This document shows positions 24,271 to 37,099 of a stretch of DNA of 64,000 nucleotides, piece after piece. The DNA lies in the NCBI GenBank assembly GCA_024137785.1, contig JAHRHZ010000035.1:17709743-17773742 (forward strand). The letters run 5' to 3'. The DNA comes from Ginglymostoma cirratum. Its lineage: Eukaryota. The notes under the pieces were generated by a model. It did no database searches. It had not been told where the DNA came from and was given only the letters and a program-made list of their open reading frames with translations. Every line of letters starts with the position of its first letter. The stretch's first letter is position 1. Made by a program: the position numbers and the translations under genes.

Positions 24271-25602
24271 GCTAACTGTATCTGGCAAAACATGATAGTC
24301 AGTGTATACTTTTCAAAAATTTGAGGCCTTGCTAATCGATGACAAAATTGACTGGAAATTTCATGTCATCTTTAGAAGTTATTTCTCATACAGATGAATG
24401 GGCACCATCGTCACCTGTTTCCATATGGTGCATTACAATGAATCAGAGCCTTGTAGATACAAAATTCTCTTCTCTGTTTCAGTGTTGCAGATAGTTATCT
24501 CAAAAAACCTGACAAAAGCAACAGATCTTGGAGTCTTTTGGATCACTTCTTCACTTGAGTGTTGTCAGTGACAGATATCTGTCTATCTGTGAAAATATAA
24601 TGTAGATCAGAGTGTTGCTAGTAAGTCACAGAATCATAGAGTCATGTAGCATAGAAACTGGCCCTTCAGCCCACCACATGGGAGAGGGTGAGTTCTGGAA
24701 GAAATTCATTAACAGAAAGGCGCCTTAACTGAATTGTGCCTCAGTGTACTTGGAGTCAATTAGAAAACATTATATGACCCTACACAAGTGGAAAGTGCTG
24801 CTTCCATTTTATTGTCAGATTTCCTGTTGCGAGTCATCTATATAAAAAAGGTTAGCATAAGGGACTTTGTTTCAAGGTAATCATTGGTTATTTATTGGCT
24901 ATTTGTGAGTGAATAACTAAATTTATTAATGGTCCAGGGTTTGCCATCAGCAGTGAAGCAAGGTCACTTGCCTCTGACCTCCAAGGAAGTCTCAATGTAT
25001 TCAGAATTGAAATGGATGGAGCTGGAGAAACATGCGAAAACCATTGACTCAGAAGTTACATCCTTGATTTAATACCACAGAAAGCTTAAAACAATGAAAT
25101 CGGAAATTATTCCATAGTTTCTACTGACTGGCAGTTGGAAGCGATAAGTAATCAGTACTTAAAGAGTTATATTTCTTAATGTGCAGTGTTCCTGCAACTG
25201 ATTGGAGCACTCTTTCCTGGGGATTGTCAGTGTAAAGTTGGAGTGATTTCTTTTCCAAGCAGCCAAACACATTAAAGGATTCTCACAGACTCAAAAACAG
25301 GAAATGAAAAGAGCTGAAATAAGGTATTTTGTACTAACTTTGACACAAAACACACGAAAAGAAAAGATTGCACAAATAGATTTTTAAGAAAACATAATGG
25401 AAAAACCCTGGCTTATAAGAGCTGCCTACAGTCATTTAACAGCACACCATAGTCACAAAATTATCTTTCAGCACTGGTTCCATTGATCAAATGTTATGGA
25501 GCAGATCCTCAAATTTTATTCATCACATTAGTGCTGAAAACCAACTTACCCTCAACTGAACAAGGTGTAACATTTCATTGGGTTTATACCAGCAACTTGA
25601 AG

Positions 25603-26080
25603 TCCACAAGATCTGGAAGTAGAAATAGGCTATTTGGCCCATCAAGTCTGAGATCATGGCTAATCTGATAATCCTAAACTCCACTTTCCTGTCTTTCCCT
25701 CATAACCCTTGATTCCCTTACTTATTTTTTTCATTCACTCATGGGATGTGGGCATCACTGTCTCAGCCAGCATTTATTGTCAGTCCCTAATTGTCCTTGA
25801 GAAGGTGGTGGTGAGCTGCCTTCATAATCCCCACAGTTGATATGCCATTTGGGAAGGTATTGCAGGATTTTGATCTAATTGATTCAAAATTACTGCTTAA
25901 AAATCTGTCTATCTCAGCCCTGAATATACTTAACAACCCACTTTCAACATTCCTCTGCATCCCAAAGACTGAGTAAAAAAAAACTCCTCATCTCTATCTT
26001 AAATGAGTGACCCCTTATTCTGAGTTTATGCCCCTCTAGTCCTAGATTCTCCCACAAGGAGAAACAACCTCTCAGCATCT
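25603..26080 (-). mobile_element. CR1 LINE 3' end with nested LINE tail (~25724-25876)
   Basis: gaaataggctatttggcccatcaagtctg...gagatcatggct...ccttgattccctt resumes as aaaaatctgtctatctcagcc after an inserted ttcattcactcatgggatgtgggc...gagaaggtggtggtgagc segment. Confidence 0.75.
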
Positions 26081-27044
26081 TCATAATGATATGTCCACAA
26101 ATGGTTGCTGTCCTCGACAAGATACATTCCTCAACAAAGCTTCAACAAAACAAACTAACCAATTCTACACCTCATTCATAGGATCTCTTAAATGTTTATT
26201 GGCAACAGCATTGGTTCACAAAGCAACAATTCTGAACTAATCTGTTGACTTTACAGTAACCTGGAATGTCCTCATGTTGTAAAAAGTGCAACTCAAATGC
26301 AGGTCCCACCACTTTATAACTGCCTCTTTTCACCTCCACCACCTCTTTCCATGTTTGGAAACTGTGAATGATTGTGGACTAATATTATCACTATATGTGC
26401 CACCATCTGAAATGCCATATGAAATAAAACTAATTGAAAATGATTGCATTTATCTTTATTTTGTCCCACGACTGACATACAGCATTATATTAATTTTTAT
26501 ATTAACCCAAATTCTATTAAGGACGGCATTCTTTTTTCATTTGTCACTAAATCGCTCTAACAAATGGTTTTTCTCGCGCAAACTGTAATGCCAGATTTAG
26601 AGTATTCCACAATTTATTACTATTTGTTTAATATCATCTTTTCATACTGATTTAAGAAGCACAACGTCCTAGGCTTGGAACACAAAATATATTTCAGAAC
26701 AAGCCTGCCAAAATGTCAACCCTTTGAGATATGATATTTCAACATTTACAGGCCAGATGTCCTGAAAGAAATCAGAGTTTGAACACAGAAAATCAAATAT
26801 CACGGGGCAGCTTTGTTCTCAATTTGTTTTAACAATCTAGTAGAGACAAAAATACAACACACTGGAGCAAAATCATATAAAAAGTATATGTACATATTTC
26901 ACAGAAGTTTGTTTAATAGTTGTGAAGGTGCAGATTATTGTGTATTTTAACGTGAAATAAGAAAATCAAGAACATTTTGTTGCTTATAATTGGACTTTTA
27001 ACATAACTTGTTCATTTCTTTAACAATTTAAAGTGAAATTGCAG

Positions 27045-27620
27045 CAAAAACCTAATTTTATATAACACCATTGATATAATGAAATGTTCCAAGGCACTCC
27101 ATAGGAGCATTCAAAAGCTCAATAAGACATTGAGTCAGATGAGCAAAAGCTTTGCTAAAAAGGTGAGTTATAAACTGATTCAGACACAACGAGCAGAGGG
27201 GCCTTGTGCATTTGTAACAATTCTGTGATCCTGTGTGTTTTAAAGAAGGAAAAGAAGCTAGAAGGATACAAGGAGGAAATTCAAACTGAGGGTGTGGGTC
27301 ACAAATGATGAAACAGTTAACAACAGGATGCTTTAGAAGCCTGAATCATAGGAGCACAGATATTCCAGGGAATCTTGGGACTGGTCATGATTACAAAGAT
27401 AGGGCGATAGAAAGATTTGGAAATGATTGAGAATTCTGAAATCATAGCATTGGTTGACTAGGATCTAGTGCAGCTCAAGTGAGCATGGTGGAGATGGGGA
27501 AACAGGTCTTGATTTGAGTTAAGGTGCGGGCAGCAAAGTTTTAGACAATTTCAAGCTTATGGAGGGCAGAATATGGAAGATCAACTAGAAGTGCATCAGA
27601 AGAGTTAGGTCTAGAGATAA
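27045..27620 (-). mobile_element. Old L2-type LINE 3' fragment (with short CR1 tail inserted ~27175-27235)
   Basis: ttttatataacacc...aaatgttccaaggcact...caaaagctttgctaaaaaggt...ttttaaagaagg resembles the reverse complement of an L2 3' end; related to 59590-59910. Confidence 0.6.
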
Positions 27621-28159
27621 CATATAGAATAGAATCAGGGACTTTAGAAGGAAGACTTCAGCCAGCTTCAGTGTGTTTGTAACATACTATGATAGTTTAC
27701 AATGTGAAATTATGGAGAAGGGAATCTGCAATCTGTCTGTCGTATTTAATGCTCATTGAAAATAACAAAGAAGAAATTCAACCTCTTCGGTTATCCATAA
27801 TCCTATATAATGTACGTTTGCTTCCTTCCCTATTACTTAGATGGTGGGACCATTCTACTCAGAGGCGGAAATGCATGGCTAAGTCTATCAATGTTGCAAC
27901 CTAATATTTGCTAACTTTCAATCACCTCAGTTAAAGTTGTTTTGGAGGTGAGCTTAATTTAGTGTATTTTGCCTTAAAATCTTAGTAAGAATTTCTTTCA
28001 GTTTTTAAGTGTTTGTTAAAGATACACATTCAAAGAAGTTCCTGCTTAAAGAATTGAATGATATAGGCAGGTTGTATAAATTCAGATTGTACTTCCATGA
28101 ATATAAAAAGTTGAGGTGATTAATCAAGTGCTTAAAATGTTAAAAGGATTTGATGGAGT

Positions 28160-28463
28160 TCATAGAATTGCTACAGTGTGGAAACAGGCCATTCGGCCCA
28201 ACAGGTCCACACTGCCCCAACGAAGAGCTGGGGCTCTTAGTCCTGCATTTCCCATGTCTAACCCAAACATCTCTGGGCATTATGAGCAATTTAGCTTGGC
28301 CAATCCACCTAGCCTGCACATCTTTGGACTGTGGGAGGAAACCCACACAGACATGGGGAGAAGGTGTAAACTTCACACAGACAGTCACCCAAGGCTGGAA
28401 TTGAACCCAGGTCCCTGGTGCTGTGAGCCGGCAGTGCTAACCACTGAGCCACCATGCCACCCC
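28160..28463 (-). mobile_element. HE1 SINE (V-SINE)
   Basis: Reverse-complement match to the 7306-7626 copy (gcacatctttggactgtgggaggaaacc...gtgctaaccactgagccaccatgccaccc). Confidence 0.93.
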
Positions 28464-29126
28464 ATGAGTTGGTACACAGGCATCTTTTCCTCCAGTGAAT
28501 ACCTCAATGACTTGATGAGGTTCTCCTCACTAGTGAGCAATGGAGGGGCCTATTTGTATGCATTAACATTACTTGATCCCACCTTATTTAAATGCAGGTT
28601 CCCCTTTTCTCAGGTACTGAGGAGAAACTAGAAAGTGCTAATTCCTGCATTGAAAGTCAGAGTAGATACCTGATTGACTGCACCTTGCTGGCATCATCTC
28701 CAGTCATCTATCTTGGCCAACATTCTTCAACAGGCATCCTTCATGGACAGGGCCATTCCAACCATGGAGATGGACGTCGGCAAATCATTAGCCTCATCAT
28801 ATCTCAATAGCATGTATCAAACTAACTCATAACACTGCTGAGCGCTTCAATACTGCACTTTGAGCTCATCAGCCAATTTGCATGCAGGGACAGGCACACA
28901 TCATTTGCATTAGAATAGGATGCACCTCAGGGTTGCTTATTTCTTTATTGCTTGATTACTTTGTGCCAACTTGGAGGCTCAGAGCATTGGTCTGTGGGAG
29001 TACGCTCCACTTGTGAAGAATGTGAGACCCTTCAATGGGCAATCATATTAATCAGGCACCGACAGATTCCAGATTAAATACACCTGCAATCACAAAATGC
29101 TGCATGTATATGTCATGCATTGACCA

Positions 29127-30063
29127 CAGAATCATAGAATCATACAGCGTGGAAACAGACTCTTCGGTCCAACTCATCCATGCTGACCAAGTTTCCCAAA
29201 CTAAACTTTGCCTGCGTTTGGCCCATATCCCTTTAAACCTTTCCTATTCCACGTCTACCACATCCTCTGGCAGTCCATTCCACATATGAGCCACATTCTA
29301 TGTGAAAAAGTTGCCCCTCAGGTCCCTTTTAAATCTTTCTCCTCTCACCTTAAAAATATGGCCTCTAATGTTGAACTTCCCTACCTAGGGAAAAAGCCTT
29401 TGATATTCACCTTATCTATGCCCTTCACGATTTTATAAACAATTATAAGGCCACCCTTAACTCCTATGCTCCAGTGAAAAAGTCCCAGCCTATCCAGCCT
29501 CTCCCGATAACTCAAACCCTGTAGATGCACAACATCCCTGTAAAATTTTTCTGAACCCTTTCCAATTTAATAATATCCTTCCTTTGGCAGAGCGACCAGA
29601 GCTATACACAGTACTCCAAAAGTGGCCCCACCAACATCCTGTACAACCTCAACATGATGTCCCAATTCCTATGCTCAATGATCTTAGCAATGAAGGCAAG
29701 TGTGCTAAATGCCTTCTTAACTACTCTGTCTGCCTGTGATAAGACTTTCAAAGAACTATGTACCTGAACCCCTAGGTCTCTCCGTTGGACAACACTACCC
29801 AGGGCCCTACCATTAACTGTATAAGTCCTGCCTTTGTTTGTTTTACCAAAATGCAATATCTCACATTTATCTAAATTGTACTCCAACTGCCACTCCTCAA
29901 CCCATTTGACCGATTGATCAAGATACCTTTGTAATCTTAAATAACCTTCTTCAGTTCACTATACCACTAATTTTGGTGTCAACTGCAAAATTACTAACCA
30001 TGCCTCCTAAATTCCCATCCAAATCATTGATATAAAAGACAAACTACAGTGGAGCAACACTGA
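29127..30063 (-). mobile_element. 5'-truncated CR1 (HER1-like) LINE
   Basis: ORF 29602-29886 YNLDKCEILHFGKTN...RDLGVQVHSSLKV...LYRMLVGPLLEYCV is a CR1 RT C-terminus; 3' (TTCTATGA)n-type tail at ~29127-29137. Confidence 0.92.
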
Positions 30064-30799
30064 TTACGTAGATTACAAATCACAGGCATGAACAATTCTG
30101 GCAATGTCATTGATCATTACAAAATTCATCTTAGTAATCTTTGTGAAGCAAACATGATGACAGGTTACCTTAGCTGTTACCTGTGGTCCACAATTCCCAA
30201 AGATATTCCAAACTTTTAAGGGCTTTACAAGGCAACCTGGCTAATATCCTCTTACTTTGAACTGTGAGAATTTCATAACATGCTCTTGCATGCAATGTTG
30301 CCTTTCTTGGTAATGTGGAAGTTGGTTTTCAGGGGATAAGGTTTCAGTAAGTGTACAGTAGCTACAATCTCCCAGTTTGTGCTGCATACATCTGAATAAG
30401 GTCTACTATGTCAAAGGTCCATTAACAGGCATCCCTTAGCCCTTTTGCTGAATCACAGTCTATGATAAACTGTCAGCAAGTACTGACTGCTGACATGACT
30501 AAGGAACTGCCTTGTTTCAGTCATCCTCCACAGAGGCTTGTTGGAATCATGACTATTGGATTCTGCCACAGCAGGGCTTATTGTCACTGTGGCTACTGCA
30601 CGACAAGTGCACAGAGACATTGAGAAGGAACAGAAAAGCCAGCAACCCCAGGACCAGTAGCAACCTCCAACCACTGCCAAACAGACTCCACCTGGAGAGC
30701 TCACAGAAGAAGGTCCCCTGAGGAAATGGAGGAGATTCAGAGGCCATACTGTCTACTGTCCTTGAAGTAATTTCTTCCAGATGAGCTATGGACAGAATG

Positions 30800-31023
30800 A
30801 TAGAACTGTGTCATTTGCTGAAGCAGGAGTTGTGACCTGAAGGGGTAGAAGGCTATCCTATCCTGCTGGTGACAAGGTAACAGCTGCATTAAATTTTCAA
30901 GCAACTGGCTGCTCCCAAGGATGCATTGGAGGCCTGTGTGGGATCTCTCAATCCGCAATCTGCAAATATATCAGGGCTTTTTCCAATACAGTTTGTACCA
31001 GATCACATCTCATTTACCTGTGA
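30800..31023 (+). pseudogene. Harbinger (HARBI1-like) transposase N-terminal HTH fragment
   Basis: IELCHLLKQEL*PEG, then frameshift, then KVTAALNFQATGCSQGCIGGLCGISQSAICKYIRAFSNTV (from 30874), matching the HARBI1-family AL.F.A.G..Q...GD..GISQS motif. Confidence 0.8.
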
Positions 31024-31079
31024 CAAAATCAGACAGCAGGCTTTGCCAATATAGATGAACATAGCTTTCATTTTCTACA

Positions 31080-31230
31080 TAAAATCTGGAATGAAAAGCC
31101 ATGTCATGTTGAGTGTCATTAAAGCCCATCTAATGCACCTCAGAGGATGAAATCTACCATCCTTACCCAGTCTGCCCTATATATGATTCCACACCTACAA
31201 CAATGTGGTCGACTCTTAAATACCTTCAGA
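31080..31230 (+). mobile_element. Partial tRNA-derived SINE nested in the Harbinger remnant
   Basis: aaaatctggaat...gaaatctaccatccttacccagtctg...caatgtggtcgactcttaa matches the body of the 3778/45822/57818 family. Confidence 0.7.
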
Positions 31231-32221
31231 AACAAATGAGCAACCTATCCACGGAGACAGCCATACACATGCAGGCCAGAGCAAGGATGGCACTAATAAC
31301 AGTGGGCCCTTCCAATGCTCACTCCAGTTTATTGAGTGTCTCTAACAAGCCTGCCTGCTGCTCCTGGATCTATCTGATCATCTGCACAAAGTAGTTACTG
31401 GCTAACACCATGGGGGCATGGCCTCATGCTTGGGACTGAGTAGGTGCCTAGTCTTGGCCAGCCCTTTGAGTAGCAGAGACCTGGGCCATTTCTTCATCAG
31501 CCAGCTGTGGAGACGTAGCAGGGATGTGCTCAGCAAAATAGTGTCCCCAACTCAAATTTAGTGAATGTACCCACTGAGGTGAAAGAATCTGAGCTGGTGA
31601 CCTGTGCCTGTGCCAGCCTTTCCAGTGCTTCCACTGAGAGAACTGCAGCTCCTTCCTTGGAAGGGGAGGGTACTGGTCTCTTTTGGGAGGAAGCTGTTTG
31701 GATGCTGCTGGTGCTGGAAAAGAGGGAATGATTTGCACAATAGGGCCAAAGCTTCAGTATGTTGTGAGTCTGTGCACAGTAGTGGGTGTTGGGGGAGCAG
31801 CACAGTACAACACAATAAATGTCAATCTGTTGCTAGGGCATGGAGGTCTGGGCATCCCCTCATAAGTGTCCTTGATCCTGTCTCGCAAACACAACGCTCT
31901 TCTCCTCATTCAGGGTGAGGAGACCAATGTCAGCCACATCACCACCCGTCCAAGCCCTGTCAGCTTTGTTGTGGGCTGTTTTCTCATGGCACTGACATTA
32001 AAGGCAGAGATTTAGTGAGATGGAAGAGTCTGGCACAGCTGTTGGTGTTGTGCAGAATGAGTGACTGAGAAATGCAGAGGGTGGGAAAGCATATATGATG
32101 CGGGTCAGAGCTGCTGAAGTAAGATGCAGCGTGCAATAGTGAGATAGGTAGAGTATGAGCCTTGGTGGGAGGTGGATGCAGTAGCAGAGATAAAGTGAGT
32201 ATGAGGTAGCAGAGAGAAGAT

Positions 32222-32440
32222 GGTGGCAGAGCAGTGAAGGTCATTGACTTTCTTACAACATCAGTGAGTGTTCCTCTGGGCCATGGAAATGGCACTGACC
32301 AGAGTGGCAACTTTGGAGCAGGCTGGCAGGATCTGGTACCATGGTTTCCTGGCAATCCTGGGCTAAGAAGATGGCCCTTTACCGCACCAACCCATCTCCC
32401 AGCACCTCCAGCCCCCTGTCAACATGGCATGGAGCCAACG
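32222..32440 (-). pseudogene. Harbinger Myb/SANT-like DNA-binding protein remnant
   Basis: Minus strand LAPCHVDRGLEVLGDGLVR*RAIFL, then after a frameshift QILPACSKVATLVSAISMAQRNTH*CCKKVNDL, resembling the Myb/SANT-like W..VA..V.A....RT..QC.KK..DL pattern. Confidence 0.7.
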
Positions 32441-33922
32441 TGCCTCAGCCACTCGTCTCCTTGTGAATTGCAGCAGTTTGAAATGGTGTGTAGGGGTTAT
32501 AAAAATGGAGCTGGCAGCATGAAAACCAGAAGGTCCTGGGGCTGGCGATCACGTCTGCAACAGCTGAGTGCAAGATAGCATGAGGGGGTGTGTGTACTTA
32601 ATGAGGTGAACAGCAGAGAATTGCATTCAAAAAGTTGCCAGAATTCACTGAGGGAAACCTTCCATGAAACTCCCTGAAATTGACACTTAGCCAAAATATG
32701 GGAAAGTTCAGCCCCATGAGTTTAATGTTCTCTTCTGTCCAGGGTGAAGCTGAGAGATGGGCTGGCTGGAAATATAATCCTTTTGTGTTGAATCATTCCT
32801 AAATAAAGGGTGTGTGAATTCCCTGGATGGCTATTCAGTATAATTCAGTATAATAATAATGAATAATTCAGCATTCACTTGAAACTTGGACTGTCTGAAC
32901 TTCAGAATGCCAAAGCTCACATGGTTTGCAGTGACTGTTTTACTCATCAATTTGTGTCCAGTTTTACAAGTATTGGCTAAGGTTAATAAATACTGGGGAC
33001 AAGATTTCAGGGTTTCGAGGGGAATGAAGTCAGAAAAGATCAACAGGGTCAACAAATATTGGTGGAAGAGACTTGATAATTTGAAGTCCTGTTCCTTACA
33101 GTCCTCTTCTTGTCTTTTGGCCCACAGCCAATTAATAATGCTGCTGCTAAATGTGGCACCATTTATCAACTGAACTTGTGTTTTCACTTTTGTTTTCAAG
33201 ATTGCCAGTACTTTGATAAAGAGGTGGTTGTGCGTTGTTCCGATCTTCGTTTACTTCAGGGAGTAGCCTGTAACCTTCCGGTGTTTAAATTATGCTTTTC
33301 TACCTCATTATATGCTTGCTTCTTTGCAGTATAGATGAGTTATGAGAGTAATCATGCTTTCCATCTGCAGATAACTAATTAGTTCATTTCTGACATTATA
33401 ACCATCTGGCATCTATGAATTTAGAGTCTCCTCCTAACTTTTCTCAAGTTTATGCAGATCAGTCTTCTGGTCAAAGAAACACATCTATATTTAATTTTTT
33501 AATTAGCAAATGCAGTGTTGCACCCCAGAGATGAGTATTTTTCACAAACATCGACTTCTGCTTAAAATTATAGACCGATGTTGATAAAAATGCCATCAAA
33601 TAATTGTGTTCAATGTTTACAGTGTAAGTATTTTTGGCATTATAAAGAGGTTGTAATGGAAATTTGAACTACTGAATACACTTCGGATAGTAGTTTAATA
33701 TCTAAGGATGTTGAATAAATAAGTATTTAGACAAATTTGTAGCTTCAAAGTATTTATTCAGTAAAGATGCATTTTAGGTACTGTAACCAGTAATCGATAT
33801 GATCAAATTTCAGTCATATCATTTATGGAAGAACGTTAAAACCCTGATTTCATTCTATCCTTGAGACCTAATTCATTTCCAATTAGACCTAATGTACAAT
33901 TTTAACTAAACGTTGCAGCACC

Positions 33923-34050
33923 TGGAGTGTTCTCATAGTGTAATGGTAATGTACCTACTCCTGAGCCAGAGGATCTGTGTTTAAGTCCCACCTGACTCAA
34001 ATAATACGATGTAACACATCCAAACAGATTTGTTGAAAATATCCATTACA
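33923..34050 (+). mobile_element. tRNA-derived SINE head fragment
   Basis: tagtgtaatggtaatgt...gtgtttaagtccc, A/B-box-like spacing, degenerate. Confidence 0.5.
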
Positions 34051-34956
34051 CATCCTGCTACATCTAGTCCAATAGCAGCTGCGTTTATCTTTAATGTCAA
34101 ACTTCTCAAAAATCGGATTGGCATTGCCAAAAGATTAGGATTTTCTCAACTCTCACCAAGGAATGGGATCAACCACAGCAAACTGTCCTGAAGAGGAAAG
34201 GAAATAACATAATCTACAAACATAGAGCAAAAATCTAATTCATGTCTTATTCTTGGCTATATTTAGGGTTATTATATTTGCATGGAAAATATCTAACAGC
34301 ATAACTTAATGAATACAATCTCCTCAACCTTATTCCAATTACTCAATGAACAATGTGGTCAGGTATTAACTGATTAAATAGTCATGAACAGGAAATTCTA
34401 TAACCCCACCAACAACACATTATGTAGCTTGTTCATCGTTTCTGACTCATACCCTTGTGACCCATATTATGTTCAATAAGGCTAATTATCCGATGCTGTT
34501 AAGTTGGCAAATCGGAAAAAAAAACACAGGAAGGAAACATTTATTTTAATCTCCAGAAAATTCCCATAAATTGTTGAGTGGAATGACATACTAAATGGAT
34601 TGAAGTTGAAGAAATAATTTTCGAAACTAGATCGTACAGCTGTCTACTACTTATGAACATAATGAGTAGAATCGCTAGAGGGATTTGCACTTCTGTACCT
34701 GTCAGTCGATTCCAAGCAATCAAAAAATTTACTTGTGATCACTTGAGACTGCATTGACAAAATTGTTGAAATCAAATATAAGTTCTCTTCATTCGGTAGG
34801 TTTAGCAAGGAACGTGAGGTGGTGCCGCAGTCCATTGGAACTCCAAACCTAAGTGAGCAATTAATGCCTTAACTCTATAAGCGTCACTTATCTATTCTAT
34901 GATAACTTATAGAGTCTAACTTGGAACTATGGTGTTTCGTGCAGGAACCATGCATT

Positions 34957-36053
34957 GTAGACTAATTAGTAAAGTTAGATCACATGGGATTGAGGGTAAG
35001 CTTGTCAATCGGATATAAAATTGGCTTTATGTGGGAGTCAGAGGGTGGTGGTGTAGGGTTGTTTTTTGAACAATCAGCAGTCTTCCACATAGATCAGTAC
35101 TGGGTCCACTTTTGTTGTCAATTATAAAAATGATTTGGATGAGAATATAGGAGGCATAGTTAGTAAGTTTGCAGATGACATCAAAATTGGTGGCAAAGTG
35201 GACAGTGAAGAAGATTATCTAAGATTACAAAATGATCTTGATCAATTGGGTAAATGGGCTGAGGAATGGCTGATGGAGTTTAATTTGGAGAAATGCGAAG
35301 TATTGCATTTTGGTAATACAAACAAGGACAAGATTTATATAATTAAAGATAGGGCCCTGGATAGTGTTGTAGAACAGAGAGACCAAAAGGTTCAGGTACA
35401 TAATTCTTTGAAATTTGCATTAAAGGTACAGGATAGTTAAGAACGCATTTAGCATGCTTGTTTTCATAGCTCAGACGTTTGAGTATAGGGATTGGACATC
35501 ACATTGAGGTTGTACAGGACATTGGTGAGGCCTCTTCTGTAATATTGTATGCCATTCTGGCCTCCCTGTTATACAAATGATATTATTAAACTGGAGAGGG
35601 TTCAGAAAAGATTTACTAGGGTGTTGCTGGGAATGGAGAGTGGAAAGACTGTTACTTTTTTCACTGGAGCATAGGAGTTTGAGGGGTTACCTTATTGAAG
35701 TTTATAAAATCACGAGGGGAATTGATACAGTGAATGACAGCAGTCTTTTCTCCAGGGTGGGGGAGTTCAACAATAGGAGGCATATTTTTAAGGTGAGAGG
35801 TGAAAGATTTAAAATGGACATAGGGGCAACATTGTTACACAGGGAGTGGTTTGCGCATGGAATGAACTGCCAGAGAAGTAATGGATGCAGCTATAGTTAC
35901 ACCGTTTAAAAGACATTTGGATAAGTTCATGAATAGGAAAAGTTTGAAGGGATATGGGCCAAGTGCAGGCAGGTGGGACTTGTTTAGTTTGGGAACATGG
36001 TTGGCACAGGCTGGTTGGACCAAAAGGTCTGTTTCCATGCTGTGTGACTCTAT
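34957..36053 (+). mobile_element. 5'-truncated CR1 (HER1-like) LINE
   Basis: ORF 35135-35440 contains VSKFADDIKIGG and EWLMEFNLEKCEVLHFG; ORF 35577-35909 contains LFSLEHRSLRGYLIEVYKI; 3' tail gtttccatgctgtgtgactctat. Confidence 0.93.
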
Positions 36054-37099
36054 AACCAGTAAAGATCAACAGCAGATGACCAACCTTTAGGATGGACTGA
36101 GGCAGGTACGTAAACTATTGACATTTCTAAGGACTCAGCAAACCACAGAGAATTTATCAAAATATGCCATGCATTAGTCTCCTGACTAGTATCAAAGAAG
36201 CAGAATGTTTCTTGTGAATGTCTTCGCATTTGGGGAACTACTCAAGTGTGCACAGAGCTTGAATTTGACTCACTGAGTCCTTGCTGCTTTTGTCTCAGGG
36301 ATCTTTAGAGACAGGTTTCACTCACTTACGTATTTCCTAACCCATTCAAATACAAGTATTCTGCTGGACAAGTTGTACAGTTCAATAATTAATCATCTCT
36401 TAAAGAGCTACAGGAGTGAGGAAGGTTAGTGAAGGTCGGGAATGTAATGATTGTCTTGATAAAACAGCAGCAATTTAAAATGGGATTTATAAAACACATT
36501 TAAAATTCACACTTGTATGAGGCTCCCTCTTCACAGCCGTGGGTTATAGTATGCTAAGTATTCTACTACTTGTGTCTATATTCTTACAAAACTGGTCTAT
36601 ATTGATGCAAAAGTGTCAATGTCGATGTAAGAGAAAAGAACTTGCAATTAGGAACTCAAATAAAAATTAAAAGTGAAACTGGAAAGCACATCAAATGTTC
36701 GATGTTAAATTTATCGTTGTGGAACATTGGCATCAGTTGGTTTCTGAAGAACTTTGAAAAAAGTTGTTTGTACCTAGAACCTTCCTTGTAAAATAACCCT
36801 AATGAATTTTTGATGGAAATTTTAATAAATTGAAAGTGTTGTTCCATGTTATCATCATCATAGTAAATCTATCTCTAAAGCCAACTCCTTCTCCTAGAAA
36901 TTATGAAGAGAATAGATTTCTAAAATTACAAATTTCTTGATTTCCACTATAAGTGCAAAGGCATAAATCCAATTTATTGTTGAAGTTGACTATAAAATCA
37001 AAAGCACGTTGAACAGCATTGGCAATGACAAGAAATTTGGGAGAATGTACCAAAAATAGAAAATTTAAATACATGATGTCAAGAAAACAAAGTCATCTT

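Larger units (their letters stand above)
30430..32714. mobile_element. Decayed PIF/Harbinger DNA transposon with transposase and Myb/SANT remnants
   Basis: Two convergent ORF remnants (listed separately); right terminus gaaagttcagccc at 32702-32714; left boundary uncertain. Confidence 0.75.

Noticed and set aside
28116-28631. 171-aa ORF
   Set aside because: Fusion of a short CR1 remnant, antisense HE1 and a Harbinger-family fragment
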